Positions 61,759-64,000 of a DNA stretch of 64,000 nt are shown piece by piece. Within the stretch, counting starts at the first letter, position 1, and every line of letters starts with the position of its first letter. Below the pieces are notes generated by a model that saw nothing but the letters and a program-made list of their open reading frames with translations, had not been told where the DNA came from and made no database searches. The translations under genes and the position numbers were made by a program. This DNA is from Podarcis gaigeae (Eukaryota): the NCBI GenBank assembly GCA_964106915.2, contig OZ066914.1. One strand, 5' to 3'.

Positions 61759-62037
61759 AGCCAGCATCTATAGTGGAGAAACCAGGACCAATGAAAGTCA
61801 CAACTGGAGATTCTTGTACTTTGGAGTGTACAGTAGCTGGGACACCAGAGCTGACTGCTCGGTGGTTCAAGAACGGACATGAGCTCTCTTCCGACCACAA
61901 ATACAAAATCACTTTCTTCAACAAAGTAGCTGGGCTTAAGATTCTGAATACAGGAGTAGAGGACAGTGGAGAATATACGTTTGAGGTGAAAAACAATGTA
62001 GGCCAAAGCAGTTGCAAAGCATCAGTCCAGGTTTCAG
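61759..62037 (+). CDS. TTN: Titin exon 93 (Ig)
   Basis: AG/GT, 279 nt, EPASIVEKPGPM. Confidence 0.95.
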
Positions 62038-62523
62038 GTTAGTTGAATGACTTGGGAATATCCCATCTGCGTCTTGATATATGGACTTATCTAATTCAGT
62101 GATTTCATATACTGCTTAACCACTGAAATTTCCAAGTGCTGTATGATCAAACCAGACAGCAGATAAAATAAATTTAAGTGAATGATTAAAGATGGAAAGC
62201 TTCCTTAAAATGCCTACTGAAATAAGAAGGTCTTCAAAAAGTGCCTGATGTTGAACAGAGAGCGGGCTGCTCTAATGTTGGCTAGGAGAGAGTTCCACAT
62301 AATTGGGTCCACAATACTGGATGTGGAGACAAGGAGAAGCCATGGACATGCCTCTAAAATGAAGAGAGTGCCTGTCTGCTTTCAAGATCCATCTCAAACT
62401 TCTTATGCCAATAAATAGTTTAATTATTGTTAAGCCCTTGGGAATCTATTACTTTTTTTAACTAAATAAAAAAGCTTGTGAAGACAAGCCATAACGTTTC
62501 TACCTTTCCTTTGTGCTCCACAG

Positions 62524-62811
62524 ATCGCATTATACCACCTTCATTCACAAAGAAGCTGAAGGAAACACATGGGCTCTTGGGTTCATCTGCTGTACTTGAG
62601 TGCAAAGTAATTGGGTCACCTCCCATTTCTGTCTTTTGGTTCCATGACGGAGAAGAGATCACTAGTGGAGAAAAGTATCAAGCAACTCTTACAGATAATA
62701 CTTGTTCTCTAAGAGTGAATGCTGTTCAAGAGTCAGATGCTGGAAATTACATTTGCACAGCAACTAATGTAGCTGGATCTGATGAATGTGATGCATATTT
62801 CATTGTCAGAG
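62524..62811 (+). CDS. TTN: Titin exon 94 (Ig)
   Basis: AG/GT, 288 nt, DRIIPPSFTKKL. Confidence 0.95.
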
Positions 62812-62970
62812 GTAAATACTGAAACTTGGATAGATAATGAAAACAGGATATCAGTTTTAAAAAAACAAAACAAAACCCTGTTCCTTATATTCTTTATATC
62901 TTTTGTAAATGCAGCTGCTTGCCTTTCAACCATAACTATGTTTTATTAACCTCTTTTTACGTATGTCTAG

Positions 62971-63249
62971 AACCTCCATCTTTTGTGAAGAAACCAGAAC
63001 CTCTGCAAGTTTTATCTGGGGCAAATATAACTTTCACAAGTATCATTAAAGGAAGCCTTCCCCTTGATGTGAAATGGTTTAGGGGTAGCGTTGAACTATC
63101 CCCAGGACATAGATGTAACATCTCTCTGGAAGAATCAGTGGCTGAACTGGAGCTGTTTGATGTACTCCCAGCCCAAAGTGGAGACTATACTTGCATTGTT
63201 AGTAACGAAGCTGGCAAAATCTCTTGCACAACCCAACTCTTTGTAAAAG
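62971..63249 (+). CDS. TTN: Titin exon 95 (Ig)
   Basis: AG/GT, 279 nt, EPPSFVKKPEPL. Confidence 0.95.
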
Positions 63250-63347
63250 GTTTGTTCTTTGTTTCGGCTTCCTTTGTTTACACTGGAACAAAATCCCAAA
63301 TCTCAGACAATTATCTTAAACGTTTGCTCTCATGTCATTTCTGATAG

Positions 63348-63626
63348 AACCAGCGAAATTTGTGAAGAAACTGAATGACTTCAATGTTGAGAAAGGAAAA
63401 CAATTAATCCTGGAATGTACATACACTGGGACACCTCCTATTGCAGTGTCCTGGAGGAAAAATGCTATAAATATAGCACAGTCAGAAAAACACAGTATCA
63501 CCACTACTGAAACATCTGCCATACTTGAGATCTCTAGTAGCAAACTGGACGATGCTGGGCTGTATTCTTGCCATATAGAAAATGACTCGGGACAAGATAA
63601 TTCACAGTCTACGGTCTCAATACTAG
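63348..63626 (+). CDS. TTN: Titin exon 96 (Ig)
   Basis: AG/GT, 279 nt, EPAKFVKKLNDF. Confidence 0.95.
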
Positions 63627-63738
63627 GTTTGTAGATTGTTTTAAAAGTGACCGCCCTTTTTCATTAACTTTATGGTTGTTGTGACATGTGGAAGGGTGTG
63701 ACTGGTTTTGTAACTGAGTCTGTGTGCTTATTCTCTAG

Positions 63739-64000
63739 AACCACCTTATTTTGTCAGAAGCCTGGAACCTACTCAGGTGACAGTAGGGGATTCTGCATCA
63801 TTGCAGTGCCAAATTGCGGGCACACCAGAAATCACTGTGTCGTGGTACAAAGGAGACACCAAACTGAGAGCAACTGCTACCTCTAAAATGCACTTTAAAA
63901 ACCAAGTTGCCACGCTGGTGTTCACTCAGCTGGGTAGCAACGATGGTGGAGAGTATGTTTGCAAAGCAGAAAATAGTATTGGAGAAGCTTCCTGTTCAGC
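63739..64000 (+). CDS. TTN: Titin exon 97 (Ig), truncated by the window end
   Basis: ctctag|AA; [32 protein letters not shown]. Confidence 0.93.

Noticed and set aside
34519-64000. Extra or missing Ig exons in the tandem array; N2A, PEVK or the Cronos promoter
   Set aside because: Exon count and length pattern fit the known 6-Ig and 10-Ig super-repeats with no gain or loss. The other elements lie downstream of this window.

Overview
This window is eukaryotic genomic DNA: the I-band-coding part of the titin gene (TTN, + strand) of a squamate reptile. It is very probably a lacertid lizard, because it carries a full-length Podarcis-type Sauria SINE. I traced 61 exons by splice sites, phase and translation. 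Exon numbers follow the human 363-exon convention by homology and are recalled from memory, not aligned. The order is: exons 38-44, Novex-1 (45), Novex-2 (46), an EXTRA Novex-like linker+Ig exon (13015-13536) with no counterpart I know in the human exon set, exon 47, the terminal Novex-3 exon (48; about 2800 aa, own stop), the cardiac N2B exon (49; 1288 aa), and tandem-Ig exons 50-97. Exons 52-97 form three 6-Ig super-repeats followed by 10-Ig super-repeats, the third of which is cut off by the window end. Introns contain SINEs, hAT and Tc1-mariner MITEs, LINE 3' fragments and microsatellites. Main observations: (1) the additional intact Novex-type exon; (2) the N2B 'unique sequence' is a degenerate tandem array with a near-exact 222-nt (74-aa) period and is expanded relative to human; (3) repeat expansions in Novex-3; (4) a donor-site pattern that tracks the Ig super-repeats; (5) a candidate first or poison exon just upstream of Novex-3. 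Coordinates were counted by hand and no database searches were run.
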